Below are positions 18,745 to 28,155 of a stretch of 64,000 nt of DNA, in pieces. Position 1 is the stretch's first letter, and the number at the start of each line of letters is the position of its first letter. The DNA comes from an uncultured Planctomycetales bacterium (lineage in GTDB: Bacteria > Omnitrophota > Gorgyraeia > Zapsychrales > GWA2-47-8), in assembly GCA_964359575.1 (NCBI GenBank), contig CAYHTV010000001.1:5547-69546 (forward strand), in the 5' to 3' direction. The notes beneath the pieces were generated by a model, which saw only the letters and a list, made by a program, of their open reading frames with translations, was not told where the DNA came from and made no database searches. A program made the translations under genes and the position numbers.

Positions 18745-20523
18745 ATGGGAATGATTCCACAAGAAATTATCCGAGAGATCGTAGAGCGCGCCGATATCGT
18801 TACGACAGTGACTGCCTATATCCCGCTTAAACGGGCCGGGCGTAATTATAAGGCATTGTGCCCTTTTCATAATGAAAAGACGCCCTCGTTTGTGGTAAAT
18901 CCGGATAAGCAGATTTTTCATTGTTTTGGTTGCGGCGAAGGAGGAAATGCTATTACCTTTGTCATGAAACAAGAGCATTTGGATTTTCCGGAGGCGGTTC
19001 GCCGGATGGCCGAACGCGCGGGGATCACGATCCCTGAGCGAGAAACAGTCAATCCTCAAGTCAAGGATCGCAAGCAAGCTATCTCCCACGCGCATGAGCT
19101 GGCCGCGCAATTTTTTCATCACCATTTGATGGCCAGCCGGGATGACGCAGCCACACAGGCCAGAGATTATTTGAAGCAGCGCGCGGTAAGCTTGGAAATT
19201 GTTGAAAAGTTTAAGTTGGGTTTTGCGCCGGATCAGTGGGACAGCTTGTTAAATTTTTTGAGAAAGAAAGATATTAATGCCGGCCTCATGGAGAAGGCGG
19301 GGCTCATTATCGCACGCGAGAAGCAGGACGGCCATTATGACCGGTTCCGCAACCGTATTATGTTTCCGATCTTTGATGTTAAAGGGCAGTGTGTCGCGTT
19401 CGGCGGCCGGGCAATAAAAAAGGACGACGCGGCAAAATATATCAATTCGCCAGAGACCGAAATTTATGTGAAGGGCCAGCATTTATACGGCCTGCCGATA
19501 GCTAAGCAGGCGGTGGCGCAGGAAGACGCGGTTGTTGTTGTCGAAGGATATATGGATTTCATTATGCCGTATCAAGCGGGAGTGTCTAATGTGGTGGCCT
19601 CGCTGGGGACAGCCTTAACGGTTGAACAAATCCGGCTGCTCCGGCGCTATACCCGTAATATTATCATGCTGTATGATACGGATAAGGCAGGAGAGTCGGC
19701 TACGCTGCGCAGCCTTGATTTGCTCATTGAGGAGGGAATGAATGTTAAGGTCGCCACTTTGACTCAAGGTGATGATCCGGATTCCTTTGTCCGCAAATTT
19801 GGCGCAGCGGCTTTGCGCGAGCGAATTGAGAAAGCGCAGAGTTTATTTGATTATAAATTGGCGGCTTTAAAGCAGCATTTCGATAGCCGGACGGTGGAAG
19901 GCCGGGCGCAAATATCGGGTGAGATGCTCACCACGATCAATAAGTTTGAGAATGCCATTATCAAATCTGAGTATATGAAGCAATTAGCTCAGGCGTTAGC
20001 AATTTCTCAGGAAGCGTTGATCGCGCAGCTGCAGAAGATGCTTTCCAATTCGCGCCGTGAATCGAAAGAGCTGCCGCGGTCGAGAGTTATCAGTAAGGAA
20101 CCGCCGCGCCGGGTCGAAGAAAGCATCCTCAAATTGCTGATGGAAGGCGAAAATTTTGTCCAATTGACCAAAGAAGAAATTTATTTATCAGATTTTCGCG
20201 ATGAAAATATCCGCGCGATCATCAATGAAATTTTTAAATTGTTTGACGGCGGGAAGGAAATCAATCCCTTGGTGTTAATGAATAGCTTTGACGATCAGCG
20301 CATTCGTAATATCATTGCGGGTTTGACGGTCCACGAAGAAACCATGGTCGTTGATAAAAATAAAATGCACCGCGATTGCTTAGATCGGATTATTCACGAG
20401 CGCCTCAAATCGCAGCGTCAGGAACTGCTGGTGAAAATCCGTTCGGCCGAGGTCACCGGAAATCAGGATATTCTTAACCAGCTAAAAGAGCAGTATAACC
20501 AATTGATTAAAAATAGAGGTTAA
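18745..20523 (+). CDS. dnaG: DNA primase
   Basis: CPFHNEKTPSF...CFGC zinc finger, KYINSPET, VVEGYMD, TOPRIM DxD. Confidence 0.97.
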   Translation: MGMIPQEIIREIVERADIVTTVTAYIPLKRAGRNYKALCPFHNEKTPSFVVNPDKQIFHCFGCGEGGNAITFVMKQEHLDFPEAVRRMAERAGITIPERETVNPQVKDRKQAISHAHELAAQFFHHHLMASRDDAATQARDYLKQRAVSLEIVEKFKLGFAPDQWDSLLNFLRKKDINAGLMEKAGLIIAREKQDGHYDRFRNRIMFPIFDVKGQCVAFGGRAIKKDDAAKYINSPETEIYVKGQHLYGLPIAKQAVAQEDAVVVVEGYMDFIMPYQAGVSNVVASLGTALTVEQIRLLRRYTRNIIMLYDTDKAGESATLRSLDLLIEEGMNVKVATLTQGDDPDSFVRKFGAAALRERIEKAQSLFDYKLAALKQHFDSRTVEGRAQISGEMLTTINKFENAIIKSEYMKQLAQALAISQEALIAQLQKMLSNSRRESKELPRSRVISKEPPRRVEESILKLLMEGENFVQLTKEEIYLSDFRDENIRAIINEIFKLFDGGKEINPLVLMNSFDDQRIRNIIAGLTVHEETMVVDKNKMHRDCLDRIIHERLKSQRQELLVKIRSAEVTGNQDILNQLKEQYNQLIKNRG

Positions 20524-20544
20524 AACTTTTTGGAATTTTTAATT

Positions 20545-20682
20545 TTTTTAGGAAAGCCATACAGCAAAGAAGTTACGACGCACTTACTTTTCTAAAAATT
20601 ATTAGAGGAAGTAAGTGCTGTACTGATTTCCTCTAAAATATTTAAGGGAAAATCAGTACGAACGAAGTGAGGAGTTTTCTTG
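20545..20682. repeat. Partial element B carrying a complete and a half module-C double hairpin
   Basis: CAGCAAAGAAGTTACGAC...GAACGAAGTGAGGAGTTTTCTTG matches 52696-52789 but is interrupted at 20580-20659. Confidence 0.85.
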
Positions 20683-20734
20683 ATTATGCCACGGCGTATT
20701 CATATATTTGTTAAAGCGCAAATGAAAGGGTCGT

Positions 20735-22345
20735 ATGAAAAAGCAAGTTAAACAATCGAATAAAGCCAGCAGGGACCAAGACTTCAAGCAGGATGTCGAA
20801 AAGCTTGTGACGCTGGGCCAGAAGAAAGGATTCCTGACCTATGAGGATGTGAATACAACCTTATCGGAAGATAATTCCTCGGAGGACATGGACCAAGTTT
20901 TTGACATTCTCGATGGAAATGATATCAAAATCATTGAGTCGGAAGAGGAGCCGGGAGGGGATGCGCTGGAAGATGTAGAATCCCGAGAACAGCAAATCCG
21001 CCGTCTGCGCGAAGCGCAAAATAAAGAAGAAGATGTTTATGCGGATAAGTTCATCCCCCTCGATGACCCTGTCAAGATGTATCTCAAACAGATGGGATCT
21101 ATTCCGCTTTTGTCGCGCGAAGATGAAATCAGCCTCGCTAAGCGCATCGAAGAGACAGAAAATAAATTTGCCGAGGCGCTTTTTAAAACAGCATTCGCAC
21201 GCAAGGAAGCCCTGCGCATCATCAATAGCGTCTTAAAGGAAGAGACTAACGTTGAAGACGTTATCAAAGATGAGTTAGAGCGGCGTCCCAAATTGATCCG
21301 TGATTTAAAAAGAATCATTGAGCGAGTCCGGCACGCGCGGCTGGGGACAGATCAATCCGCCAAGGCCTTAGCCGAATTCAAGCTCACCTCCAACATCAAC
21401 GAAGAAATTGTTGCTAAAATTACCGAGATTATCGATCGTGTGGAGCGGATTGATAGAATATTTAAAGGAAAGCGTAAAGTTGAGAATGTTAAAGAGCTGC
21501 GCAAGGAAAAGGCGAAACTTTTACGCGAGATTGGCGAATCTATCAATAGTGTGAAGGAACAGTTTAAGGGAATTAAAGTCCGCCAAGCCAAATTTAACAA
21601 AGCCAAGAAACTCCTTGTTGAGGCAAACTTAAGATTGGTTGTGAGCATCGCCAAAAAGTATATCAATCGCGGCCTTTCTTTTTTGGATCTTATTCAAGAA
21701 GGGAACATGGGGCTGATCCGCGCGGTGGAGAAATTTGAATATAAACGGGGATATAAATTTTCTACCTATGCCACTTGGTGGATCCGCCAGGCGATCACCC
21801 GTTCCATTGCCGACCAGTCGCGTACGATCCGTATTCCGGTTCACATGACGGAAACGATTAATAAAATTATTCGTGTTTCTCGTCTCTTTGTCCAGGAATA
21901 TGGCCGAGAACCCACCGCTCAAGAAATTGCCAAACAGATGCGCATCCCGATCAGTAAAGTGAAGGAAATTTTAAAGATTTCGCAAGTGCCAATTTCTTTG
22001 CAAACCCCCATCGGGGATGAAGGTGATACGCATTTTGGAGATTTTATTGAGGATCGTAAGGCGGTCTCACCGGCCAATGCGACGGTGCAATCTATGCTGA
22101 AGGAAGAAATATCGTCCGTTTTGTCGACACTTGATGAACGGGAGAGAAAGATTTTGGAATTGCGATTTGGAATTCACGATGGTTCCACCCGCACCTTAGA
22201 GGAAGTTGGCAGTGAGTTTAACGTCACGCGCGAGCGTGTGCGGCAGATCGAATCCAAGGCCTTACGCAAATTGCGCCATCCCACACGTTCTCGACGGATA
22301 AAGGCCTTTCTTGATATGGCATCAAAAGATGAAGGGATTGTCTAA
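20735..22345 (+). CDS. rpoD: RNA polymerase primary sigma factor
   Basis: Region 1.1, [41 protein letters not shown]. Confidence 0.97.
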   Translation: MKKQVKQSNKASRDQDFKQDVEKLVTLGQKKGFLTYEDVNTTLSEDNSSEDMDQVFDILDGNDIKIIESEEEPGGDALEDVESREQQIRRLREAQNKEEDVYADKFIPLDDPVKMYLKQMGSIPLLSREDEISLAKRIEETENKFAEALFKTAFARKEALRIINSVLKEETNVEDVIKDELERRPKLIRDLKRIIERVRHARLGTDQSAKALAEFKLTSNINEEIVAKITEIIDRVERIDRIFKGKRKVENVKELRKEKAKLLREIGESINSVKEQFKGIKVRQAKFNKAKKLLVEANLRLVVSIAKKYINRGLSFLDLIQEGNMGLIRAVEKFEYKRGYKFSTYATWWIRQAITRSIADQSRTIRIPVHMTETINKIIRVSRLFVQEYGREPTAQEIAKQMRIPISKVKEILKISQVPISLQTPIGDEGDTHFGDFIEDRKAVSPANATVQSMLKEEISSVLSTLDERERKILELRFGIHDGSTRTLEEVGSEFNVTRERVRQIESKALRKLRHPTRSRRIKAFLDMASKDEGIV

Positions 22346-22364
22346 AATAACCGTGTATTAAGTC

Positions 22365-22405
22365 AAAAGCAGCCTGCTCCGCAGCAAGGGGCGGGCTGCT
22401 TTTTT
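22365..22405 (+). terminator. Rho-independent terminator after rpoD
   Basis: AAAAGCAGCCTGCTCC...GGGGCGGGCTGCTTTTTT. Confidence 0.8.
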
Positions 22406-22416
22406 GGAATCAGGGC

Positions 22417-23244
22417 ATGATAAAATTTTGTAAAATTTTAAGATTTTCAATGATTTTATTTGGGATGATCTTAATCTCTCCGGCGTTTGGTGACAATCCA
22501 CCTGTCCTTGACTCCGAGATAAAAGCGATCGCCAATCAAGTCATGCTTAATATTTATGATGAAATCTTAAGAGTTAAAGCTAAGCATCCCGAGCTCGAAC
22601 AGTTTGCCGAACAAACAATGTATGAAAATCAACAAGGGGTTTATGCGATTGTTTATCAACGTCCACAATTGGATGCAAAGATGAAAAGAGAGCCGTATGA
22701 ATTTGCGGTTACGATTGTCCCGATGGATAATCGTATTTTTCAGGAACAAGGCCGGTACGCGTTCAATTTTGCTTTTCCTTTTTTGGACATCAAATTTGCC
22801 GGATATGAAAAAATGACTTATGGCAAAGGGCATTATGATATTTTGAAGGCTATCAATCTCCACGGCGAATTATTGGCCGAGTATCAGCAAAAATTTGTGC
22901 CGTTACAAATGATTTTGAAACCAACGAAAGCCTCCTATAAAGTCAAAGAGCCTATTGAATTCGAAGTAGAGTTGAAAAATGTCACTAACCATCACATGTT
23001 TGTTCATGAGATCAACGAAGCGAGTTTGTATTGTCAGTTTAATAATAAAATTTGGGGCACGCAGCAAAGAGGAAATCTTGGGACAAAAGACCTAGTCGTT
23101 AAATCCAAAGAGTCGGTGCGCCGGACATTTTTGGGAGAAGGGCTCAAAACGCCCGGGCAGCTTAACCTTTCGTGCTCTTATAATATGAGTATTAAAGGGG
23201 TTAAACCTTTTGCCAATCTAAGTGTAAAAGTGGTTAATGAATAG
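22417..23244 (+). CDS. Hypothetical exported protein with Ig-like C-terminal region
   Basis: Signal peptide-like N-terminus; Y..G/E.I.F.V.L.N pattern. Confidence 0.6.
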   Translation: MIKFCKILRFSMILFGMILISPAFGDNPPVLDSEIKAIANQVMLNIYDEILRVKAKHPELEQFAEQTMYENQQGVYAIVYQRPQLDAKMKREPYEFAVTIVPMDNRIFQEQGRYAFNFAFPFLDIKFAGYEKMTYGKGHYDILKAINLHGELLAEYQQKFVPLQMILKPTKASYKVKEPIEFEVELKNVTNHHMFVHEINEASLYCQFNNKIWGTQQRGNLGTKDLVVKSKESVRRTFLGEGLKTPGQLNLSCSYNMSIKGVKPFANLSVKVVNE

Positions 23245-23337
23245 CGTTCGATGAGGCAAAGGTTTGTAACTCATTGATCAATAGTCATTTTTGAACCTCT
23301 TTTTTATTTTCTGGCCTCATTTCCGCGATTAATTCTG

Positions 23338-23366
23338 TTGAAAAGATATACCGCATATGATATGCT
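23338..23366 (+). promoter_or_regulatory. Promoter for the tRNA pair
   Basis: TTGAAA-N17-TATGCT. Confidence 0.5.
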
Positions 23367-23413
23367 TAAAAATAAATTTTATTCGTAAAAATCGACTGAT
23401 TAGCTATTTATTC

Positions 23414-23487
23414 GGGCCCATAGCTCAGTCGGTCAGAGCAGTTGACTCATAATCAATTGGTCCCTGGTTCGAGTCCAGGTGGGCCCA
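23414..23487 (+). tRNA. tRNA with CAT anticodon, probably tRNA-Ile2 (lysidine); CCA not encoded
   Basis: GGGCCCA acceptor stem, TAGCTCAG D-arm, GTTGA-CTCATAA-TCAAT anticodon arm, GGTTCGAGTCC T-arm; Ile2 versus Met is inference. Confidence 0.9.
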
Positions 23488-23503
23488 GAGAAAAGTTGTT
23501 TCA

Positions 23504-23580
23504 GGGCGTATAGCTCAGCTGGTTAGAGCGCTGCCCTCACATGGCAGAGGCCGAGGGTTCGAGTCCTTCTATGCCCACCA
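23504..23580 (+). tRNA. tRNA-Val (CAC)
   Basis: CTGCC-CTCACAT-GGCAG anticodon arm, GGTTCGAGTCC, encoded CCA. Confidence 0.93.
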
Positions 23581-23670
23581 GTCTATTTTCCATGCAAAAA
23601 CGTTAGAAGGATAACAGCGTCTTTTTAAATGCCGCAGATCAAGGCCAATAAATGATAAGGACCATGACAC

Positions 23671-24396
23671 GTGCCACAGGTTTCCATTCGCGATCAAATT
23701 AAGAAGCTCATCGAGCTGCAAAAAATCGATAAAGAAATTTTCGATTACAGAAAGGAATTGGAAGAACGGCCGGCTTTGTTGAGCGAGCTCAAAGAAAAAT
23801 TTGAGAATCAAAAGGCGGCTTTAAAGCAGCTCGAGGAGAAGGTTAAGGCGATCTATTTGGACCGCAAAGCCAAGGAATTGGATCTGAAAACAAAAGAAGA
23901 TGAAATCACGAAAGCCAATTTACAACTTTTCCAAATCAAGACGAACAAAGAATATACTGCCAAGTTAACCGAGATCGAAACGCTTAAGGCCAATAAATCA
24001 ATCTTTGAAGAGAAAATATTGGCTTCGTATGATGAATCCGACGCCATTAATGCTAAAATTGAGAAGGAGAAAGCCTTTCTCGCGGCAGAAGAAAAATTCT
24101 ATTTAGCGCAGAAAAAAGAAATTGAAGATACTGTTAAAATTTTTCAGGATAAGGTCAAAGTTTTACAGAGCCAGCGGAATCAGCAATCTCCGGAGGTTGA
24201 TAAAGAAATTTTGCTGCGGTACGAAAGAATTTTAGAGAAACGAAACGGTATCGCCATTGTTCCGGTGCAGAACGAAGTATGCGGGGGATGTTATATGAAC
24301 GTGACCACCCAATCTGTCAACGAAATCAAGATGCATGAAAAGCTGATGATCTGTGAAATGTGCGCGCGGATTTTATATCTTGAGGATGATCTTTGA
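23671..24396 (+). CDS. Coiled-coil/C4 zinc-ribbon protein (CT398/DUF164 family)
   Basis: LQKID coiled coil; CGGC...CEMCARILY. Confidence 0.9.
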   Translation: MPQVSIRDQIKKLIELQKIDKEIFDYRKELEERPALLSELKEKFENQKAALKQLEEKVKAIYLDRKAKELDLKTKEDEITKANLQLFQIKTNKEYTAKLTEIETLKANKSIFEEKILASYDESDAINAKIEKEKAFLAAEEKFYLAQKKEIEDTVKIFQDKVKVLQSQRNQQSPEVDKEILLRYERILEKRNGIAIVPVQNEVCGGCYMNVTTQSVNEIKMHEKLMICEMCARILYLEDDL

Positions 24397-24854
24397 TGAA
24401 AGTTTTGGAAATATTTACCGATGGGGCGTGCCGCGGCAATCCGGGGCCGTCAGCCATCGGGGTGGTTATTAAGGAAAACGGCAAGGTTGTTAAAAAGATT
24501 GCACAATCAATAGGGGAAGCCACCAATAATATTGCCGAATACACGGCCTTAGTTTGCGCCCTGAAGGCGGCGGCAGGGCTTAAAGCCCAGCAGTTAAAAA
24601 TTTATACCGATAGTGAACTGCTTTATTATCAGTTGACCGGCACCTATCAGATTAAAAATGAGAATTTGAAATTACTTTTTGCTAAGGCTCAGGAAGCGGG
24701 GAAGAAATTTGAGCATATCCAAATTAAGCGTATTCCCCGTGAGCAAAATCAAGACGCCGATAAGTTGGCGACCCAAGCTATAAAAAAAGAGCAGGCCAAG
24801 GTGGTTGCCTCGGTGTTTTACACCGGGGAGGAAAGTCCGAGCTCCGCAGGATAA
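24393..24854 (+). CDS. rnhA: Ribonuclease HI family protein
   Basis: DGACRGNPGP, TNNIAEY, DSEL, PREQN.DAD.LA. Confidence 0.9.
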   Translation: MMKVLEIFTDGACRGNPGPSAIGVVIKENGKVVKKIAQSIGEATNNIAEYTALVCALKAAAGLKAQQLKIYTDSELLYYQLTGTYQIKNENLKLLFAKAQEAGKKFEHIQIKRIPREQNQDADKLATQAIKKEQAKVVASVFYTGEESPSSAG

Positions 24855-25259
24855 TGTATCCCGGTAATGCGGGACGATCCTAGTACTGTGTTTCCGAAAT
24901 TATGTACATAGAGGGACACAGTACTGTACTATGTTCCTCTGAATAAAATTAAAGTAACATAGTACTGGTTTATCGATTGAATAAAATCAATCAGTGGAAA
25001 TCTAGGAACGGATTAGAGCTACAGTGACGATGATCTCGGTGTTTACATCGAGGGAAGTGAAACGAGCAATCTCTACATGGAGCAAGGCCAAATAGGAAGA
25101 GAGCCTTAGCAAAATAATGGGGCACGAATCGATCCGGTTCGTTATTATCTTCGGGTAGGCTGCAAGAGTCAAGAGAGTAATCTCTTAGAGTGAGTGAGAT
25201 AACTACCCCTCATGCCTAAAAACATCATGAGGAACATAACTCGGCTTATTGGTCTGCTC
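24789..25259 (+). ncRNA. rnpB: RNase P RNA with a large insertion in the P9 region
   Basis: P1 GAGCAGGCCAA / TTGGTCTGCTC; GAGGAAAGTCCGAGCTCC; GTGAAAC; GGAGCAAGGCCAAATAGG; AACATAACTCGGCTTA. Confidence 0.92.
24882..24966. repeat. Module-C double hairpin inside rnpB
   Basis: GTACTGTG..AGAGGGA-CACAGTAC-T-GTACTATG-TTCCTCTGA..CATAGTAC; same layout as 20580-20659. Confidence 0.8.
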
Positions 25260-25266
25260 AATTATC

Positions 25267-25369
25267 TATGGGCCTTTGTACAACTAAAGAAAAAAATTTG
25301 AATTTATCATTGAGGAGACAAAGGCCAATATTGACTACTTCAATTCTTTTGGTTCTACAAAGGTCAATA
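25267..25369 (-). mobile_element. MITE family A, copy 6
   Basis: Reverse-complement consensus with about 2 substitutions, immediately after rnpB. Confidence 0.9.
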
Positions 25370-25393
25370 ATATAGAAAACAGGAGGAAGTTCG

Positions 25394-26149
25394 ATGTCAG
25401 GTCATTCAAAATGGGCTAAAATTAAGCATAAAAAAGGCGCCACGGATGCTAAAAGAGGAGCGGCCTTTACAAAAATTATACGCGAGGTCACCGCAGCCGC
25501 TAAAGCGGGCGGCGGGGATCCAAATAAAAATCCGCGCCTGCGCACGGCCATTGCCCGTGCCAAGATTATTAATATGCCTGGCTCAAACGTAGAGAACGCG
25601 ATTAAAAAGGGTACCGGAGAACTGCCAGGGGTGGTTTATGAAACGGTTGTCTTTGACGCTTATGGCCCGGGCGGCGTGGCACTTCTTATTGAAGGATTAA
25701 CCGATAACAAGAACCGCACCACCGCAGAAGTGCGTAACATTCTTGCTAAGAAAAATGGGAGTTTGGCCGGCGCTGGGAGCACCGCCTGGATGTTCACAAA
25801 GAAAGGCTTTTTGTCTATCGAGAAAAATAAAATTGGCGAAGAGGAGCTTATGAATATTGTCCTGGATGCAGGCGCTGATGATATTAAATCGGAGGGGAGT
25901 TATTATGAAATCACCTGTGACCCTTCGGTTTTCGAATCCGTCAAGGCAGTCGTGGAAGCAAAAAAAATCATGCCCGACACTGCGGAAATTACGATGATTC
26001 CAAACTCAACAGTGAAAGTTCAAGGCGAAGATGCTAAAAATATTTTAACCCTTTTGGAATTTTTGGAGGATCATGAGGATGTGCAGGCGGTTCATGCGAA
26101 TTTTGATATTTCTGAGGAAGATTTAGAAAAAGTCGCTGGCTCATCATGA
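25394..26149 (+). CDS. yebC: YebC/PmpR family protein
   Basis: MSGHSKW..IKHKK, TDNKNRT. Confidence 0.95.
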   Translation: MSGHSKWAKIKHKKGATDAKRGAAFTKIIREVTAAAKAGGGDPNKNPRLRTAIARAKIINMPGSNVENAIKKGTGELPGVVYETVVFDAYGPGGVALLIEGLTDNKNRTTAEVRNILAKKNGSLAGAGSTAWMFTKKGFLSIEKNKIGEEELMNIVLDAGADDIKSEGSYYEITCDPSVFESVKAVVEAKKIMPDTAEITMIPNSTVKVQGEDAKNILTLLEFLEDHEDVQAVHANFDISEEDLEKVAGSS

Positions 26150-26637
26150 GAATCTTAGGGATCGATCCTGGATTAAAAGCAACCGGATATGGTTTTATCG
26201 ATTTTGAAGGACAGCACATGGCAAGCATTAAATTGCGCGAAACAGGAACAATCGAGCCCAAGCAAAACGATTTAATACAAAATAGAATTGCGAAGGTCTA
26301 TCAATATCTCGATGAGCTTCTGGTTGAGCATAAACCGGATGTCATGGTCCTTGAAAAATTATATGCGCATTACAACCACCCGGTCACGGCATGTAAGCTG
26401 GGCCATGTGCGCGGAGTGATTTGCCTTTTATGCGCGCAGCGGAAGATTAAACTTGTGGAGCATAGTGTGAAGCGGATTCGCATCGCCTTAGTGGGAAATG
26501 GCAATGCCTCGAAGCTTCAGACCCAGCAAGTCGTAGCACATATGCTCAAGATTGAGCAAAGTCAACTGACTCCGGATGCCAGTGACGCGTTGGCCTTAGC
26601 GCTGGGATATGTGCATATTCACAGCCGATCACTATGA
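26146..26637 (+). CDS. ruvC: Holliday junction resolvase
   Basis: ILGIDPG...TGYG, E, G.A.K.Q, DASDALA. Confidence 0.93.
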   Translation: MRILGIDPGLKATGYGFIDFEGQHMASIKLRETGTIEPKQNDLIQNRIAKVYQYLDELLVEHKPDVMVLEKLYAHYNHPVTACKLGHVRGVICLLCAQRKIKLVEHSVKRIRIALVGNGNASKLQTQQVVAHMLKIEQSQLTPDASDALALALGYVHIHSRSL

Positions 26638-27269
26638 TTGTTAAACTCTCGGGTAAATTGATTCAAAAGGCAGAGCAGTCGTTGATCCTCAATGTCCAAG
26701 GGGTGCATTACGAGATTTTAGTCCCGGGGTCGGTGTTAAGCCGTATTGATCAGCATTTGAATTCCGACAGCCATGTTGATTTAATTGTTTATCATTATTT
26801 TCAAATCGGGACGGGAAGCGGTTTTCCGGTTATGGTAGGCTTCTTAAACGAAGTGGAACGGGATTTCTTTCTGCAGTTTATTAAAGTTTCCGGCATCGGG
26901 CCGCGCGCGGCGATCAAGGCCTTTAATAAACCTATTTCAGAAATTGCCACGGCTATCGAGGAGGGAAACCATAAATTTCTTCAGACCTTGCCCGGGATAG
27001 GCGTGCAAAAAGCCAGGGAAATTATTGCCAAACTGCAGGGCAAAGTCGGTAAATACGGTTTGATTCAAGATAAAGGTGTAGCTGCCCAGCGAGCTGCCAC
27101 ACAACCCGCTGAGGTTTGGCAGGAAGAAGCACTCGCCGTTCTTTTGCAATTGCAGTATAAACGACTGGAAGCTGCCGAAATGATTCAAAAAGCCCTACAG
27201 CGTTCCACGGGGATCAAAACAGCGGAAGATTTATTAAATGAGATTTATAAACAAAGGATAAAAGCGTAA
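26634..27269 (+). CDS. ruvA: Holliday junction branch migration protein
   Basis: OB-fold start, VSGIGPRAA, LPGIG..KA..II..L. Confidence 0.9.
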   Translation: MIVKLSGKLIQKAEQSLILNVQGVHYEILVPGSVLSRIDQHLNSDSHVDLIVYHYFQIGTGSGFPVMVGFLNEVERDFFLQFIKVSGIGPRAAIKAFNKPISEIATAIEEGNHKFLQTLPGIGVQKAREIIAKLQGKVGKYGLIQDKGVAAQRAATQPAEVWQEEALAVLLQLQYKRLEAAEMIQKALQRSTGIKTAEDLLNEIYKQRIKA

Positions 27270-28153
27270 TGGACCAGGCATCGATGGATCATGTCAAAGG
27301 TGTGGTTGAGGCCTTGTTATTTGTTAATGAAAAGCCGGTGACGCTGCAGCAGATGAAAGAGGTCATGGAGGGCGTTAGTGCGGCGGAATTGAAGCAGATC
27401 ATCCAAAATCTCAAAGACGAATCCGAGCAGAAAAAAAGCGGCATGCTGGTCGTTGAAATCGCCGAGGGCTATCAAATGTTGACCAACCCGCTCTATGCCT
27501 CGTATGTGCGCAGTTTTTATAAAACCCGCCATAAGGAGCGTTTATCGAAACCCGCTCTGGAGACTTTAGCCATTATTGCGTATAAACAACCCGTGACGCG
27601 CGCGGATGTGGAATTGATTCGCGGAGTTAATTCGGATGGGGTCATGGTGCATTTGTTAAATAAAGAATTGATTAAAGCTGTTGGGCGAAAAGATATTCCT
27701 GGGCGGCCTTTTCTCTATGGAACGACAAAACAATTTTTAGAATATTTTGGCTTGAAGTCTCTATCCGACCTGCCGAAACTAGAAGAGTTTCCATCACTGC
27801 AGCCTGTTCAAGCTTCTGGAGAGGGCCCAGTTGTCGAGGCGGCTCCACAGGCTCCAGCCGTTGTCGAAACAGGTATCAATAATCCGCCCAGCGTTGTTGA
27901 AATTTTTCAACAACCTGCTGCGCTTGAAGAGCAGGTTTTGGATTCTTCACGATTGGATCAGATTGAAAAGGGAAACCGCGATGACCTGCCCCTCATGGGT
28001 GAGCCTAATTTAAAGGAGGCTATGGAACAGGTTAGCGCGCCAGAAAATAATGACGAGGCGGTCAACTTGCCGCTGGAAGTTCAGCCCGAATCACGTTTGG
28101 CCAATATTCTTAAACAAGAATCAGAATTGTCATCGGATCATGATGAGGCCTAA
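27269..28153 (+). CDS. scpB: SMC-Scp complex subunit ScpB with long acidic tail
   Basis: LS.PALETLAIIAYKQPVTR..E.IRGV, GRP.LYGTT..FL.YFGL. Confidence 0.93.
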   Translation: MDQASMDHVKGVVEALLFVNEKPVTLQQMKEVMEGVSAAELKQIIQNLKDESEQKKSGMLVVEIAEGYQMLTNPLYASYVRSFYKTRHKERLSKPALETLAIIAYKQPVTRADVELIRGVNSDGVMVHLLNKELIKAVGRKDIPGRPFLYGTTKQFLEYFGLKSLSDLPKLEEFPSLQPVQASGEGPVVEAAPQAPAVVETGINNPPSVVEIFQQPAALEEQVLDSSRLDQIEKGNRDDLPLMGEPNLKEAMEQVSAPENNDEAVNLPLEVQPESRLANILKQESELSSDHDEA

Positions 28154-28155
28154 AT

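Noticed and set aside
23414-23600. tRNA genes as integration sites
   Set aside because: No duplicated tRNA 3' end or integrase is seen in the window
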